Below are positions 34,474 to 47,672 of a stretch of 64,000 bases of DNA, in pieces. Within the stretch, counting starts at the first letter, position 1; each line of letters begins with the position of its first letter. The translations under genes and the position numbers were made by a program. The stretch comes from Vicugna vicugna (lineage: Eukaryota): positions 248,001 through 312,000 of the forward strand of contig MU061230.1 in the NCBI GenBank assembly GCA_013265495.1, read 5' to 3'. The notes beneath the pieces were generated by a model. That model was not told the DNA's origin and searched no databases. It saw only the letters and a list, made by a program, of their open reading frames with translations.

Positions 34474-37400
34474 CTCATCCATGTGTGTAGGTGTGGGTAA
34501 ACATAGTATTTGAACACCTGGCGTAAAAGTCCTCTTAGGAAAAGAAATGTGTTTGTTTAGGAAAATGTTTTGAGAGTGCAAGGTGAGGACATTACAAGGA
34601 GACAGGGAAATCAAAGTAACATTTACAAAATAAAGTGACAGGAATTTGGGAGAGGGGCTTAGCTGGAGAACGAGGGGAGGGTGCAGCCAGAGTGGGTCAA
34701 AACTTGAAGAGAAAGGACAATGGGTAAGAAATTTCTGAGGCCACGGTGGTTGAAGGCTTTTAAGAATAGGGATATTTAATTTTTTACCTTTAAATTATTT
34801 TTGGTGCTTCCATGTAAATCTTCTCCATTGCCTGGAGTCTTCCGTACAAGTTAGTTGGCACCCAGATCAGGGGTATTTGGGGAAGTACATGAAGTGAGGT
34901 GTGTGTGCAGGAAGCAGGGCCCGGTCCAACATGGCGCCTAGCAATGGTAGCGCTAATGCTCTGGCAAGACGATCACAGATCAAACTGAATTGGAGAGGTA
35001 GGTGATGACGAGAAATCCAGGTACATTGTCTTCCTGCCCCCGAGTCCCTGGAGAAATTGGGACAGATCTTGAATTTTCCATTTCCTATAGCATGGGGTTC
35101 CAGCCAATTTCACTTGAACCACCTACGACATGGTGACCCCTGAGTGTATCTGGATTACACCAGCGTGCGGTCAGTCAATTACAGCCACATTTCAGTCTCT
35201 GCTTCACTAGGCTCCTCTGTCACCACAGAAAGGCTTCTCTGTTTGCTGAAAATCCCGCGGCAATCAAGCCAGCCCCTGGAGGAGGAGGCGGGGTTAGACT
35301 GGCTGAGGGAAGAGTCTCCAGAGAGTGACTCAGGTTTGGCTTCTCCTGGCTCCAGAGCCTGTTTTCTGTTTACCAGGGGATTAATCATGGTTTCCAAATT
35401 GGTCTGCCAGGACGCCAGCAGGACTGGTTAGGAAAAGCAGAGGTGCTGAGTTTGGGGTTTTTCCATGCCCTGGTCAGTGATTTTCAGCAGGAAAAGGAAG
35501 GGATGCGATTCCCCCTTCATCACCTCGCAATGAACGATTGAACGCCCTGTAACTCATCTGATTCTGATCACTTATCCCTGTAGAAACACACCAGAGTTAC
35601 AGCAGCTGAGGGGAGATGCCTCGATTCTTTCTTCCTCAGTTAGCAGAAGAGTGAATTCAGTGTTTGATGAACCGGATTTGGTGGGTATTTAATTTAATTC
35701 AAACTAACAACTATTTAATAAATAACCAGCCTGTGCTAGGCTATAGAAGCCTAAATTTGATATTTCCAAGGAAATCTGGAAGAGTTTGGAAATACATAGA
35801 AAACAAACAAACAAACAAACATCTTTAGTACTTGAAACAGTGGTTTGAGCCTTTTGCTGGGTTTATTACAGCCGTGTGAGGATGTACGTTATCCAGTGTA
35901 TTCGCATAAAGCAATGACTCAACACATTATCTTCTTGAGCCTGACAGTGATATCAAGTCTTTTTAGAAGTTGCAGCAATAATGGTGTTGCTGTCATTCGT
36001 CGGGCTGTTTACCGTAGGAGCTGGTTTGATTGTTTTGCATGGCGACTACTTCCACAGGTGCCCAGATGGATCACATTTTCCCAATGAGGGCTAAGAAGCT
36101 CTTGAAATCACCACAGATGATTTTTAAATGGGGGAACTTGTTTTTCAGTCAGCTGGAATTACTTTAAGTAATTTGCGATACTTTAGCGTCTCATATATAG
36201 GTGTTTATCCTTATATTGATAAGAATAGTCCATAGGTGGGGGGAATTGTATTAATCTCACAAAAAGATTTGTTTTGCAGAGCAGGTCCTCTGATCTGCCT
36301 CCTTACCTGCCCTATAACCTCCGCTGTAGCATCCCTTAAGTGTTGTTATCCACTTTCTGCTTGAACAGCTACGATGACAGGGGATGAACTTAAATTCCCA
36401 TTTATGTAGTGGCCTTTCCAGTCCTGTTTACATTTGCCCCCCACACAGCTATAATCTTCTAGGAACATCCTCTTCAGTGTGGTAGCCAAGTGACACTTTA
36501 CTTCTAGCTATCAGTATCTGAGATTTCCCTGTTTTCATATTAAAATGCCAAGTCAGATCCCACAGAGAGAGTATAGGATTGAATACTATAAAGTAGAGCC
36601 CTGGGCTGGCTTTAAGGACATTTTGGTTTAGTGGAGGAATTTAAAAACCAGGCACACACACACACACTGCCTGGGGGGAATAATGGGGGAAGTTTCAGGG
36701 AGGAGAAAGTTTGTGAGCTTGGCCTTACAGTGTGGATAGGATTTGGAAAGATTTTTCCAAGAATGGCCTCGAAAATACGCAGAGTTCCATCACATGGGAA
36801 AACAATTCAATAGGACTCGAGTTACTTGCCTACGGACCCCACTTCCCAGAAGGCAACATTGGGGAACTTTCCATTAAAGAACCGGCTCTAGGAGTTTAGC
36901 TTATTGTACCCTTTGATTTTTCAAAGATGACTTTAGTAGTTCTCTTTTTCAACAGAAGCTTCCTACTAAACCATATTTCCTGTCCCCGGAGTAATCTTAC
37001 ATTGAATAGAAGAAAGGAAGTAAATAGAGTTCCAAAAAGCAATCTTAGACTGTACCCCTTTTGAAAAAAAAAACCAAAGGAGGTATTTTTAAAGGTACAT
37101 TTCTTCAGAAATTTTTAAAAAGGGATGAACAGAAAGGCAAGCCCCCCAGATGCTGTCCTGTAGAATATAAATGTTGTCCAGCCACGGAGGCGTGGAGTCT
37201 GAGGCTTTTTGGCTTGCATTTCCTGGCTGTGCCATGTGGATTACTCACTGCCTGAATGCAAGCTCTCTTGTTCATCTCCCCCTGCCCTGGGCTGGTCCAA
37301 ACCCAAATCTGCTCTGTCTCTCTGGGCTTGCTTACCAGGCACAGAGGAGGGATATGGTCAGGAGCTAAACCACAGGATAGAATGCAGCCCCTTCTCCACT

Positions 37401-37989
37401 GACTCACAAGATGACAAACCGGCTCACTTCCCCTTCTGATGTTTCTGTTCCTTTGTGTGGAGTGGAGCCCTGGGAATCCTCAGCACCGCTCTTCATCCCG
37501 CAGGAACACATGTGTATCTTTGTGAGTGTGCTTTGAGACAAGGATGAAAAGGAGATTCGTTCTTGTCCTCTCTAGGCAAAGCACATAATCAACTTTCCCT
37601 TCCATCGCTGTTGCACCAACACCACCCATGGGATAGTCCATCAGGGATAAATAGCTGCTTTCTCAGTGTAGGCTTGCTTATTACAGGGTAAGAACGAAAT
37701 CTTGGGCTGGCCAAGTTACATCCTTATGTTGACTCACTTCCTCACCTTCCTCCCAGCTGCCAGTTGCCAGAGGGCTCATTCTACCCACCCCCCAACAGGT
37801 TGGTGTTTCATCCTTGCATTTAGAATTGATTTTTATTCTTCTAGATACAGAGGTGCATTGCTTTATGCTACAGGCTGTCTATAGAATGAGTTTTGTGAAT
37901 ATCCAATATTGGTAAACAAAGCAAGTTTCTCCCCTAGTTGAAATTATTATCTCAGAAGAATTTCCTCTTTATTTTGAGTTGACTTCTCA

Positions 37990-38160
37990 GTGTGTAAAGT
38001 GGCAAGAGCATCAGAATAAGAAATAGGAGATTGAGCTCCTTATTTTGGTTCTGCTCCCTAATTAGCCATGTGACTTTGGGCAGATGGCACTCTAAAGTCC
38101 CACTAGCCTATGACCTGGCCATGTGGGGCCTCAGTTTTGTCATCTCTTAATATTTTGAAT
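37990..38160 (+). mobile_element. MIR SINE
   Basis: gccatgtgactttgggcag...ggcctcagttttgtcatct. Confidence 0.55.
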
Positions 38161-38479
38161 TCAGGTTAGATGATCTGGGGAGGGGGGTCCAATGATGGAA
38201 TTCTTTGAACAATCCCAGTAGTCCATGATACTGTTGCTTTAAACATCTGATTTTTAGCCTTTCCTTAAGGAATTTGAAGTAATAATTATCCACTTGTGAG
38301 AATTAATGCAAAAGATGAATCTATGACGGTTAAACAGCAGTCATATGTTTTATAAGCAGGGTTCCAATTTATAATTATAACTTGTCTTTTCTAGCAAGGT
38401 ATTTGACCATGTATTTCCAGTTGTTTGATAAATAATCTGCATATTCTGGGCCCTGCTTAGCTTTCCAGTTCCTCAGAGT

Positions 38480-40140
38480 TGCTTCCTTAGAGAGTTTTAC
38501 ACCTCTGGCTTTCAATACCATCCATTACTGATGCCAGTAGATTTACATATCCAGCCCAGGCTTCTCTCCTAAACCCCAGACTCGAATTCTGCAGTCTGTG
38601 ACATCTTTGTTAGGATTTCTGGTACCTATCTCAAACTCAGCATGGAAACATAAAATGCCTCCCAAACTGCTTCCCCCAGCTTTCTCCCCATCTCCGTGCA
38701 CCGCAGCTCACACCTTCTAACTGCTCACAGCAGAACCATGGTTGTCATCCTCGCCACCGCTTTCTCTCACCATCCACCTAATTGGTCTCCTTGCTTTCTG
38801 CCTTCGTTCCCTTATGAGTCATTTCCCAAACGGCAGTCAGAGTGATCCCTTTAAAAATTAAATCAGAAATCATATCACTGCTCTGGCCAAACCCCCTTAA
38901 TTGATTTGCATTAGTAATTGATTCCTGATCATTTGGAGCACAAGCCGAAACTCGGGGCCGCTTTAACCTTTTAATTTTCACCTCTGTTCCTCTTCCTTTT
39001 GCCCACTCTTCCCTCACCACTGTGGTCTCCTGGCTCTCCCAGGACTTGCCAGTCATGTTCATTCTTGAGCCTTTGCATCTGCTCTTCCCTGTCCTGCCGT
39101 GTTCTTCCTGTAGAGATCTGCACAACTCATTGCCTTGCCTCCTTCTGCTTTTTGTTCAAATATCACATCCTACTGTGCTCTGACAGGACCTACTCCCTGC
39201 CTGTGCCCCCCATGCCCTGCCCCTGGCATTCCCTGTCGCCTTTTCTCTTTTTTTCTAACTCTTGTCATCATCTAATGCAGGGCTTCTCGCCCTTGGCATT
39301 ACTGATGTTTGGGGGTAATTCTTTGTCTGGGGGGATTGCCCTGTGTGTTGCAGGATGTTTAGCAGCATCCTTACCTTCTTCCCACTAAATACTAGCAACC
39401 CACTTCCTCCTCTGCAGTTGTGAAAACCAAAAATACCTCCAGACATTGCCAAATGTCCCCCTGGGGGGCGAAATCACCAGCTGAGAACCACTGATCTCAT
39501 ACACTATGTGTTTTACCAGTTTGTTTATTTTTTCTCCCTTCCCCACCGCTAGAATATTACCTCCATGAGAACAGAAATTTTTGTCTCTATTGTTCACTGC
39601 TGTGATGCAAGCACCACAAACAGAGCCTGGTGCGTAGTAGGTGCTGAACAAATACTTAATGAATGAGTGAATAAGTGACATGGACTCTTGCCTTGTTCCT
39701 CAGAGCTCATTAGGCTCTGCTCACACTGGCCTTTTATCTGCCTCTTGTACATCATGAGCTCATTCTCACCTCCCCGCCTTTTTCTTTTAGCTCCTGCTCC
39801 TGGAAAGCTCTATCCACAAGTCATCACATGGTGGATCCCAGCTTGTTACTTAGGTCTCTACTTAAACATCACTTACGCAAAGACCCCGTCCTGGCTGATC
39901 GCCTTGTCTAACATGACTCTCCCTGACTACCAGAGTTACTCTCCACCATGTCACTCCGATTTAGTTTCTTTATTACATCCATTTCTGACATGATCTGGTT
40001 TGTTTATGTGGTGAGTTTCTGTCTTTCCCCCTTATGTGAACGTTCCCTGAGTGCTCAACCTTATCTGCTGTATTTATCATGCCATCCCCACAGTCTAGAA
40101 CAGTTCCAGGCCCGTAGTTGATGTGCTGATTGAACGACTA
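38480..40140 (+). mobile_element. L2 fragments, interrupted by MER20
   Basis: catatccagcccaggcttctctcc...cagagtgatccctttaaaaattaaatcaga...gtaggtgctgaacaaatacttaatgaatgagtgaat. Confidence 0.7.
39278..39493 (-). mobile_element. MER20 (hAT-Charlie MITE)
   Basis: cagggcttctc...ccagacattgccaaatgtcccctggggggcgaaatcaccagctgagaaccactg; degenerate TSD atctaatg / atctcata. Confidence 0.85.
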
Positions 40141-40194
40141 AGTCTACCTCCCAGCCGATTTCACCATGCAAGAGATTTCTTTTAAAAAATTAAT

Positions 40195-40561
40195 TAAGTT
40201 TTTTTATATCTAAACATTTTTTATTGAGTTATACTCATTTTACAATGTTGTGTCAAATTCCAGTGTAGAGCACAATTTTTCAGTTATACATGAACATACA
40301 TACATTGTCACATTCTCTTTCACTGTGAACCACCACAAGATCCTGTATGTATTTCCCTGTGCTACACAGTACAATCTTGTTTATCTGTTCTACATTTTGA
40401 AATCCCAGTCCCTTCCCACCCCCCGTCCCCGTGGCAACCACAAGTTTGTATTCTATGTCTATGAGTCTGTTTCTGTTTTGTATTTTTTTTTTTAGATTCC
40501 ACATATGAGCGATCTCATATGGTATTTTTCTTTCTCTTTCTGGCTTACTTCACTTAGAATG
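40195..40561 (-). mobile_element. Young camelid-type L1 3' end running into the gap
   Basis: ttttattgagttatactcattttacaatgttgtgtcaaattccagtgtagagcac...ggcttacttcacttagaatg. Confidence 0.85.
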
Positions 40562-40733
40562 NNNNNNNNNNNNNNNNNNNNNNNNNNNNNNNNNNNNNNN
40601 NNNNNNNNNNNNNNNNNNNNNNNNNNNNNNNNNNNNNNNNNNNNNNNNNNNNNNNNNNNNNNNNNNNNNNNNNNNNNNNNNNNNNNNNNNNNNNNNNNNN
40701 NNNNNNNNNNNNNNNNNNNNNNNNNNNNNNNNN
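40562..40733. other. Assembly gap (172 N)
   Basis: N run. Confidence 1.
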
Positions 40734-40840
40734 TTAATTGAAGTATATCTGATTCATAATGTTGTGTTAGTTTCAGGTATACAGCAAAGTGATTTGGTTA
40801 TACACAGACATTTACATATATTTTTCCAGATTCTTCAATA
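40734..40840 (-). mobile_element. L1 3'-end fragment
   Basis: ttaattgaagtata...gttagtttcaggtatacagcaaagtgatt. Confidence 0.75.
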
Positions 40841-40849
40841 GTTGGGAGT

Positions 40850-41445
40850 TAAGGATTATGTCTATGAGGGTTCAGTTGCAAAGAAGAGAATTCACTTTAG
40901 CCAGTTTAGACTGAGAGGGATTAATCACAGCATTAATTCTGTGGTTCACAGAATCACTGAGAAGGCTAAAGAAACAGCTTCCATGTTGAGCTTTCACGGA
41001 CAAACTTGAAAGCCACACAGTGACTGGCCCACCCAGGGAGAGACTGCTCTTCCATCAGGAAACCTCTAGCTGAACCGGAAGTGAGGTGTCAGCTGCTGGC
41101 TCTGAGACCAGACCACCGCTGTCGGGATGGGAGAGCTGGCACGAGAAGGGGGTCAGCACTCTCAGGAGCTGTCAAGATTAGGAAACGGCCCCAGAAGAAC
41201 CAGGTACAGCCACCCCAGTGTCTGCCGGCAGAGAGGGCAGAATGGCCGAAGCTTGTCCTCCAGCGAACTTGACCTTCCAGCCCCCGTGCCAGTCCTTCTG
41301 ACTAACGGAACAAACTCAGATGAAAACCTTGGCTGCGAGGAGGTGTGGGAGATGTGACTTTCAGCTTTCCAGTCCTGGCAGCACAGGAAGGCACGTTCGG
41401 AGGAGAGTAGAATGAATGTGGAGGGCCAATTTACCAGAGGCAGAT
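40850..41445 (-). mobile_element. Old ERVL/MaLR LTR (MLT1N2/O-like)
   Basis: ggttcagttgcaaagaagagaattcactttagccagttta...gggagatgtgactttcagctttccag. Confidence 0.5.
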
Positions 41446-42384
41446 GAGATGGGAAGACAGGATGGAGAGACAAATAAAAACAAAACATGAATGAATCTTC
41501 AGCTGCTTATCTGCCAGGCAGAAACGTCATACTAAACGCAAGTCAAATAGTCAAGAATCTCTTCTACACGGTACTGATGGGCAGCGTTCATGCAATTTCA
41601 GGAAATGATTACTTTTCCCCAAAGATGCAGCAGCATGTGTGTGACCATGAATCGCACCACCATTCCTGAAGCACCAGCCAGGCTCTGAGATCGCCTGCAG
41701 GGGAGAACTGTTGACTCTACAAGAAAAGTGTAGGATCCATCAGCCTGGGCACTGTTTTTCATAGCTGGCCGTGTACATTTATTTCCAGCTTAGGGCAGTG
41801 GTTAAGCTCAAGTCTTAGGAAAGGCGTAAATTGCACTGAGTCTCAAATTTGTACTGGCTAAGAGAGAAATCCATGATTGGATTTCATTTCTGTTACTTGA
41901 AATCCATAAAAGGTTAGTTGTTTTGAATGAATCTATTTTCAAAAAATGTATCACGTATGCTATCTCATGTCACACAATGCAGTTTATATACATATATTTT
42001 TTACTTAATTCATTTTATTGTAAGGATAAAAATCCACAACTTCTTTTTACTCTTTACGTTTGCATGTTTTTAACATTTAAAAAGCTCGTTGCAATTATAG
42101 ATGCTGTTGGTTTATCTGTTTTATTTTTTACACACTTGAAATCTCACTCGAAATAGAATCAGTGTGAAATGGTAACTGGGGAGTCCCACTCAACTAATAC
42201 AGAGGCAGAGAAAAATCTAAACAAAAGTTTAGAACGGGCTTTTCAGAATGTGATTTTATCAAATTTTGGAAACCTGAAACTCTCCACAACTTTAAAATTC
42301 TTCCTTTAAGTACTTCAAGCTTAAGATGGCTTAAGGATTTCTTCCATTCTTTCTCTCCATCTTCCCTTGCGAAGGATTTTTTAA

Positions 42385-42600
42385 ATAGCTATTGGTTATT
42401 ACTTTCTGTGTGCTGGGCCTTGAACATTTTCTCTTTTAATCCTCACAGCTTCCCTATAAGGCAGAGATACTATTTTTTTTTTTTAACATCATAATGCAGA
42501 CATTGAGGCCCAGAGACGTTGCTTGTTCAAGGACAGCTGGCTAGGAAGAGGCAGAGCTGGGACTGGAAACTGGGATTTGGCTTCATATCCTCCCAACTTC
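42385..42600 (-). mobile_element. MIR SINE
   Basis: ttaatcctcacagcttccctataagg...gacattgaggcccagaga...ggcagagctgggactggaa. Confidence 0.7.
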
Positions 42601-42629
42601 AAAGATTACTCCTTCTTCTACATTTATTT

Positions 42630-42770
42630 ATTTACTCCCTCATTCATTCATTGACTCAATTCATGCTACTTGAGGGCTCACTATGGGGCAGGCATGTCCT
42701 GTTTGCTTTGATTAAAATAATGAGTCAGAAAAAGGGCACCGTCCCTGCCTGTGTGAAGCTGAGAGACTCT
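42630..42770 (-). mobile_element. L2 3' end
   Basis: cattcattcattgactcaa...gctacttgagggctcactatggggcaggca...gtccctgcc. Confidence 0.6.
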
Positions 42771-43519
42771 GCTCCCTCCAGTTGGTTGCTTACTCAGGCT
42801 TTATGTATGAGGATTAACTGCTGGCCAACACAGACAAGAGTGTAAAGATTGCCTTTTTTTTTTTTTAATGTAGGAGATGACCATCTTATAAATATTCCGA
42901 CATGAAAGAATATTGAAACTGATTACCAGCCCTGGGTTATATGTGTTTGCCTAGAGTCCTTGATGACTCCAAGATTAATGAGATTAGAGAGCCTGAAACT
43001 CAAGAAATTCCTGGTGAGAAAAATGAGGGTTATCTGAATTTTACACGAGACAGAAGCGATGACAGAAATTGAGTTCCTTTCAGGAAGGATAAGCATCTGA
43101 GACATGGTTTAATCATGTTTCTGGGGTGCTAGCAGCCTGAGCACATTGGCCAACCAACACTGCCAAATTCCGGAGTCAAGGTACCAACCTCACCAGCTAT
43201 CACCTATAAATGACAGAACCCTATATGTGTGCCAGACTTCAATGCCTGGAAGAGCCAGTAGGCTGTGTACCAGGTGTGGAGCCAGGTCTATTAACAGGCA
43301 GGAATATCCTTCACTTCCACCTACAAAAATATGTTTTCCCCTGTTGGTAAATCTTTCATTTTTCCCTTTCTGATAAAGATACGGATATAGGAACTATTTC
43401 ATTTCCCACTTTACCATAGGAAGAACAACAGCCCGGGGGCACCGATGAACATCTGGTATTCAGCCTCCCTCTGGGTGGGGGGGGGAGTTGGAGTGGCAGG
43501 GCCTGTGGGACCCTGGAAA

Positions 43520-43730
43520 TGACATGCCTTGTCTGATGGGACTGCAGTTATTCAGCTCCTGCTGATTGTTGCCGTGACAGAAGGCCCAGTGATGCCAGAT
43601 ATTTCCTTTTTTAAAGAGAAGCCAGAAATCTGAATTGTTCTGTGAAATCACCTGATATTTTAATCTTAGCAACTAATTCAAAATTTAAAAGAAACAGGAC
43701 AACAAAAAACTTGTGGGCCAAAAATTTTTA
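43520..43730. mobile_element. hAT-Charlie MITE (MER102-like)
   Basis: gccagatatttcctttttaaagagaagccagaaatctg...gtgaaatcacctgatattttaatcttagcaactaattc. Confidence 0.55.
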
Positions 43731-43731
43731 A

Positions 43732-43840
43732 AGGGTGACCGATCATCCTGGTTAGTCCAGGACCAGGGTGCTTCCTGGGACATGGGTCTTTCAGTGCTAA
43801 ACCAGGGAGCGTCCCAGGCAAACTGACTGTTTCCTCTAGA
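43732..43840 (+). mobile_element. MER81-like hAT MITE
   Basis: agggtgaccgatcatcctggtt...ctttcagtgctaaaccaggg...cccaggcaaactg. Confidence 0.7.
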
Positions 43841-45686
43841 ATGTGGAGGATAATGAAAATATCTCTGTAAGCTGCAGAAAGTCTGTAGGTGGTCAGTTTG
43901 TGACCTCTGATGAATAGGGCAGCAAACTAGAATAGGATTTACAACGTCACATTTTCAAAAGAGGAGGAAGATATGTGATGCACAGAGAATGACTATGTAC
44001 AGGGACCAGAGCACGGCCAGTTGTTCACTTCTGCTCTCCGCACAGTCCACAGCTGATGGCCACAGCCAGGTTAGAAACTACCTAATAAACCGATCGCAGT
44101 TCCTTAGGGTTCTTTTTTTTCAACTGCCCGTCTGAAATTTGTTCAACCAAGGAACGCACTGGAGAGTGGGAGACCCACGGGTGAAAGAGGAGGCTGACTT
44201 CTGTGAAAGGATACAAATAATCAAAGGAAACATTGGAAGATTATTGGGCAGTATCTTGGGCCAGACTATTTTTAATCTACCTAAGTTTGGTACCTAAATA
44301 CACAGGTTAAATTTTCACAAGCTTTTCTTTAAAAAAACTTTTTGTTTTTGATTTATAGGCTATTATCATGGGAAAGCAACTTAGACACCATGTAGTCCAG
44401 AACTTCTAAAATAAAGTTGGGGAAAGTAAGGCCCAGGGTCCCATAGCTAGTCAGCGGCAGAACGGTTCGGCCTGCACCTGTTTGGATTGGTACAGATGGG
44501 TGTCAGTGATGCAGTAAGGGAAGGCAGCACAGCACCTCTAAGAACCGTTTCTAGCGATGGGGAGAGTTTTACGGCACTAAGAAAAGATAACCGTTAAAAT
44601 CGAAAAACAACAGAAGTTATTTCAAACTCTGCCTTTGTTTATGAAATAAAATACTAATGAATCACTGAATGCTCATATTATTGAAACTCAGTGCAGATTG
44701 CTTAAAATGAAGGACAGTGAAATGGAAAAAGGAGAAACGGCTATCAAAACGGCTCTAGATTGTATCTGGGCCATTTCATGTGGGCAGCACACATTCCAAA
44801 CTAAAAACCGATGATTTGCAAATAGACAAGGAGGTTTTTAAAAAGTCTTTCCAATCATTTTTTATATACTGGCATATTTTAGCCTCATTCAGTTTGAAAT
44901 GCATCACTTCCTCACAGAAGAATTCTCTTTGAAGTCAGAGAATGAACTCTGTGGTGAAGATATGCCCCCAGGCCCATATGAGCAAGTGAAAACAAGATTT
45001 TGGTCTGATCTTGATCTTACTAGCTTTGGCATGCTGCACCAGCCAGAGAACTTACTGGTCATATTTGCAGTCACAGAGAAGTAGCATTAAGGTCCAAAGA
45101 TTCACAAATTCCTTGTTTGAATAATTAGACTCCTCCTTGCTTCCTTTTGGGAAATATATGATTCATCTTTGGCACCTGTTTTTGTTAATTCTCAGGAATC
45201 TCAACACAGTAGAAAAGAGACAATGGCCCAGTAGCTTGAAATGTCACACCAACAGACCACAAAGGCCAACCTAGATTTCTTGCAGAATCTCCTAGAGGCT
45301 GGAGGTCAGTGGTCACACACTGTCTTTTTTGTGGGTAGATTGCATGGAGCTCTTGGCCACTTAAACATAAGCCTAGTGAACAGTTCAGGGTCAGAATGAT
45401 TTGATATGAGAGGCCAACACTTAACCATAGTTTATGGTTAAAGACAAGACTACAGCTGCTCCAGTACTTACCATTCCCCTCCTGATTATATCCAGGAACG
45501 CAGTGAGAAGGCAAGGGTATGTTAATTTTTGAGAACCATTTGCTGATTGATGACATAGAAGTAGGACTCAACAAAACACAATTATAAACATTGTGTTGGT
45601 GTTCAGGCCAGACTCCCTTCCATAATCTCTAAGGGGATGATTTGGGTACTCTATTTCAAAGGCAAGTCCTAGGAGTATTACTGCTG

Positions 45687-45688
<2 letters not shown>

Positions 45689-45718
<30 letters not shown>
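45689..45718. repeat. (GT)15 microsatellite
   Basis: Read directly. Confidence 0.95.
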
Positions 45719-45719
<1 letters not shown>

Positions 45720-45721
45720 GA

Positions 45722-46080
45722 TTAAGCTTAAAACAATAAATATTTATTATTGCACATAGTTTGTGAGGGTCAGGAATCTGAGAGTGGTTTAGCTGGGTGG
45801 TTTCGGCCTAGGGTCTCTCATGAGGTTGCTCTCAAAGTGTCTACCAGGGCTGTACTCATTTGAAGGCTTGACTGGGGCTCAAGGGTCTACTTCCAAGATG
45901 GTACAGCATTGGCTCAAGATGGTTCATTTACATGGCACTTGGCTGGAGGCCTCAGTTCTTTTGGTTTCGCCTTCAACCTGTCTGTGGGCCTGGGTGAGTG
46001 TCTTCCTGACAAGACAGTTAGCGTCCCTCAAAGTAAGCGATCTCAGCGAGAAGGGAGGACTGTAATCAACGTGGCTTTTG
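45722..46080 (-). mobile_element. MaLR LTR (MLT1F/G-like)
   Basis: ggtcaggaatctgagagtggtttagctgggtgg...gggtctctcatgaggttgc...gaaggcttgactggggct...cttccaagatgg. Confidence 0.7.
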
Positions 46081-46744
46081 GAAATGGATTTTTGAGGGTG
46101 CAGAGTCTTGGCACCACTAAGTTGCTTCATTTCTTCATGCCTCTAACAGCCACTATAGTTGAGGGTAGTGTGTACTTCCCAAGGGTGACTAATTTGCTTT
46201 AGCCTGGGAAGTAAATGAGTCCGCTTTGGAAGACGTGGAAGGTGGGAGATGACTCTGGCACTGAAACCAGGAGAAGACTTTTGAATAAATGGCTGTTCTG
46301 CATTGCTGAAAGAAGTGGTAAATTATCCTTTTTTAACATTTGAGGTAGAAGGATTTGAGCAAGTGTTTAGCCCAAACCTTCCACTTGAAAGATGGCAGTT
46401 AAGGGCACAAGAAGGGAAATTCTACAAAAATATTTCAGAGTATTTGTATTTAAAAGAGTCATCATCTTTAAATAACCTTTGTGGGTAGATTACTACAGTA
46501 TAGATAAGCCATCTCTGGACTTTCCAAGCTCATTGTGAACAAATACAAGGCAGTGGCTAGCAATGACGAAACCAGACATACAATTCTCAACCACCTTTGA
46601 GGCATGTGGATCTGAATGCAGGAGGAGGATCAAGATTATAAACCTAACTCTCCCACATGTGAGTGGGACTATGGGTTGTTGGGAAATTGTAAAGAAAGTT
46701 TCTTCTTCTGGGCCTCAAAGCTTTTAGAAAAAGTAATGGAAAAT

Positions 46745-47335
46745 CTTGGGTAACTTGCTTAACCTTGCTAAGACCATTTCCTCTTCTGTCAAATGAGGCT
46801 GAGGATAGCAACCCTGGAGGATTATTGTGATGATTAGAAATAATCTATAAATAATCTATATTAAGTGGATGCTCAGTAAATGGTAGCTGATTTTATTTTA
46901 TTTTGCGGGGTGTGGGTAATTGGGTTTATTTATTTTTCAATGGAGGTACTGGGGATTGAACCCAGGACCTTGTGCATGCCAAGCATGCGCTCTACCACTG
47001 AGCTGCACCCTCCCCTGCAATGGTAGCTGATTTTATTTTATTTTGCGGGGTGTGGGTAATTGGGTTTATTTATTTTTCAATGGAGGTACTGGGGATTGAA
47101 CCCAGGACCTTGTGCATGCCAAGCATGCGCTCTACCACTGAGCTGCACCCTCCCCTGCAATGGTAGCTGATTTTATTTTATTTTGCGGGGTGTGGGTAAT
47201 TGGGTTTATTTATTTTTCAATGGAGGTACTGGGGATTGAACCCAGGACCTTGTGCATGCCAAGCATGCGCTCTACCACTGAGCTGCACCCTCCCCTGCAA
47301 TGGTAGCTGATTTTAAAATTATTATTATTACCATC
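46745..47335 (+). mobile_element. MIR SINE whose 3' tail hosts the SINE triplet
   Basis: gggtaacttgcttaacc...ctcagtaaatggtagctgatttt[insert]aaaattattattatt. Confidence 0.6.
46879..47314 (-). repeat. Three identical tandem Vic-1-like SINE units (140-bp period), each bounded by the same 16-bp TSD
   Basis: aatggtagctgatttt at 46879, 47019, 47159 and 47299; the three intervening SINE bodies are identical by eye. Confidence 0.95.
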
Positions 47336-47494
47336 GTATTGTATCTTCAAGACATTAACCTCACAACCAATAGGCAGTTATTCCTACCTTGGAGAACCTT
47401 TATCCCTTTGGTTCTCAAAACTACATTGAGGTATCTGAAAAGTGATGGTAGGAGAAGGGGAAGATGCCCCAGTCTACTGTAGCCTTGTGAGGTA

Positions 47495-47672
47495 GTGTTT
47501 CCCCTGAGGCCACTTGCTGCAGAATCACATGGTTGTTTGCTAAAGATGTAGATTCTTGGATCCTGCCACAGAGCTACTGAGTCAGTACACCTGGGGATGA
47601 ACCATGTAATGTGCATTTTTAGCAAACAATCCAAATGGGGTATTATGCCCACTAAAATTTGGGAACCACAGC
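47495..47672. mobile_element. MER5A (hAT MITE)
   Basis: gcagaatcacatgg...gtagattcttggatcctgccacagagctactgagtcag...aaaatttgggaaccacag. Confidence 0.65.

Noticed and set aside
46879-47314. CRISPR-like regularly spaced repeat
   Set aside because: The 'spacers' are identical SINE copies in mammalian DNA, with no cas genes.
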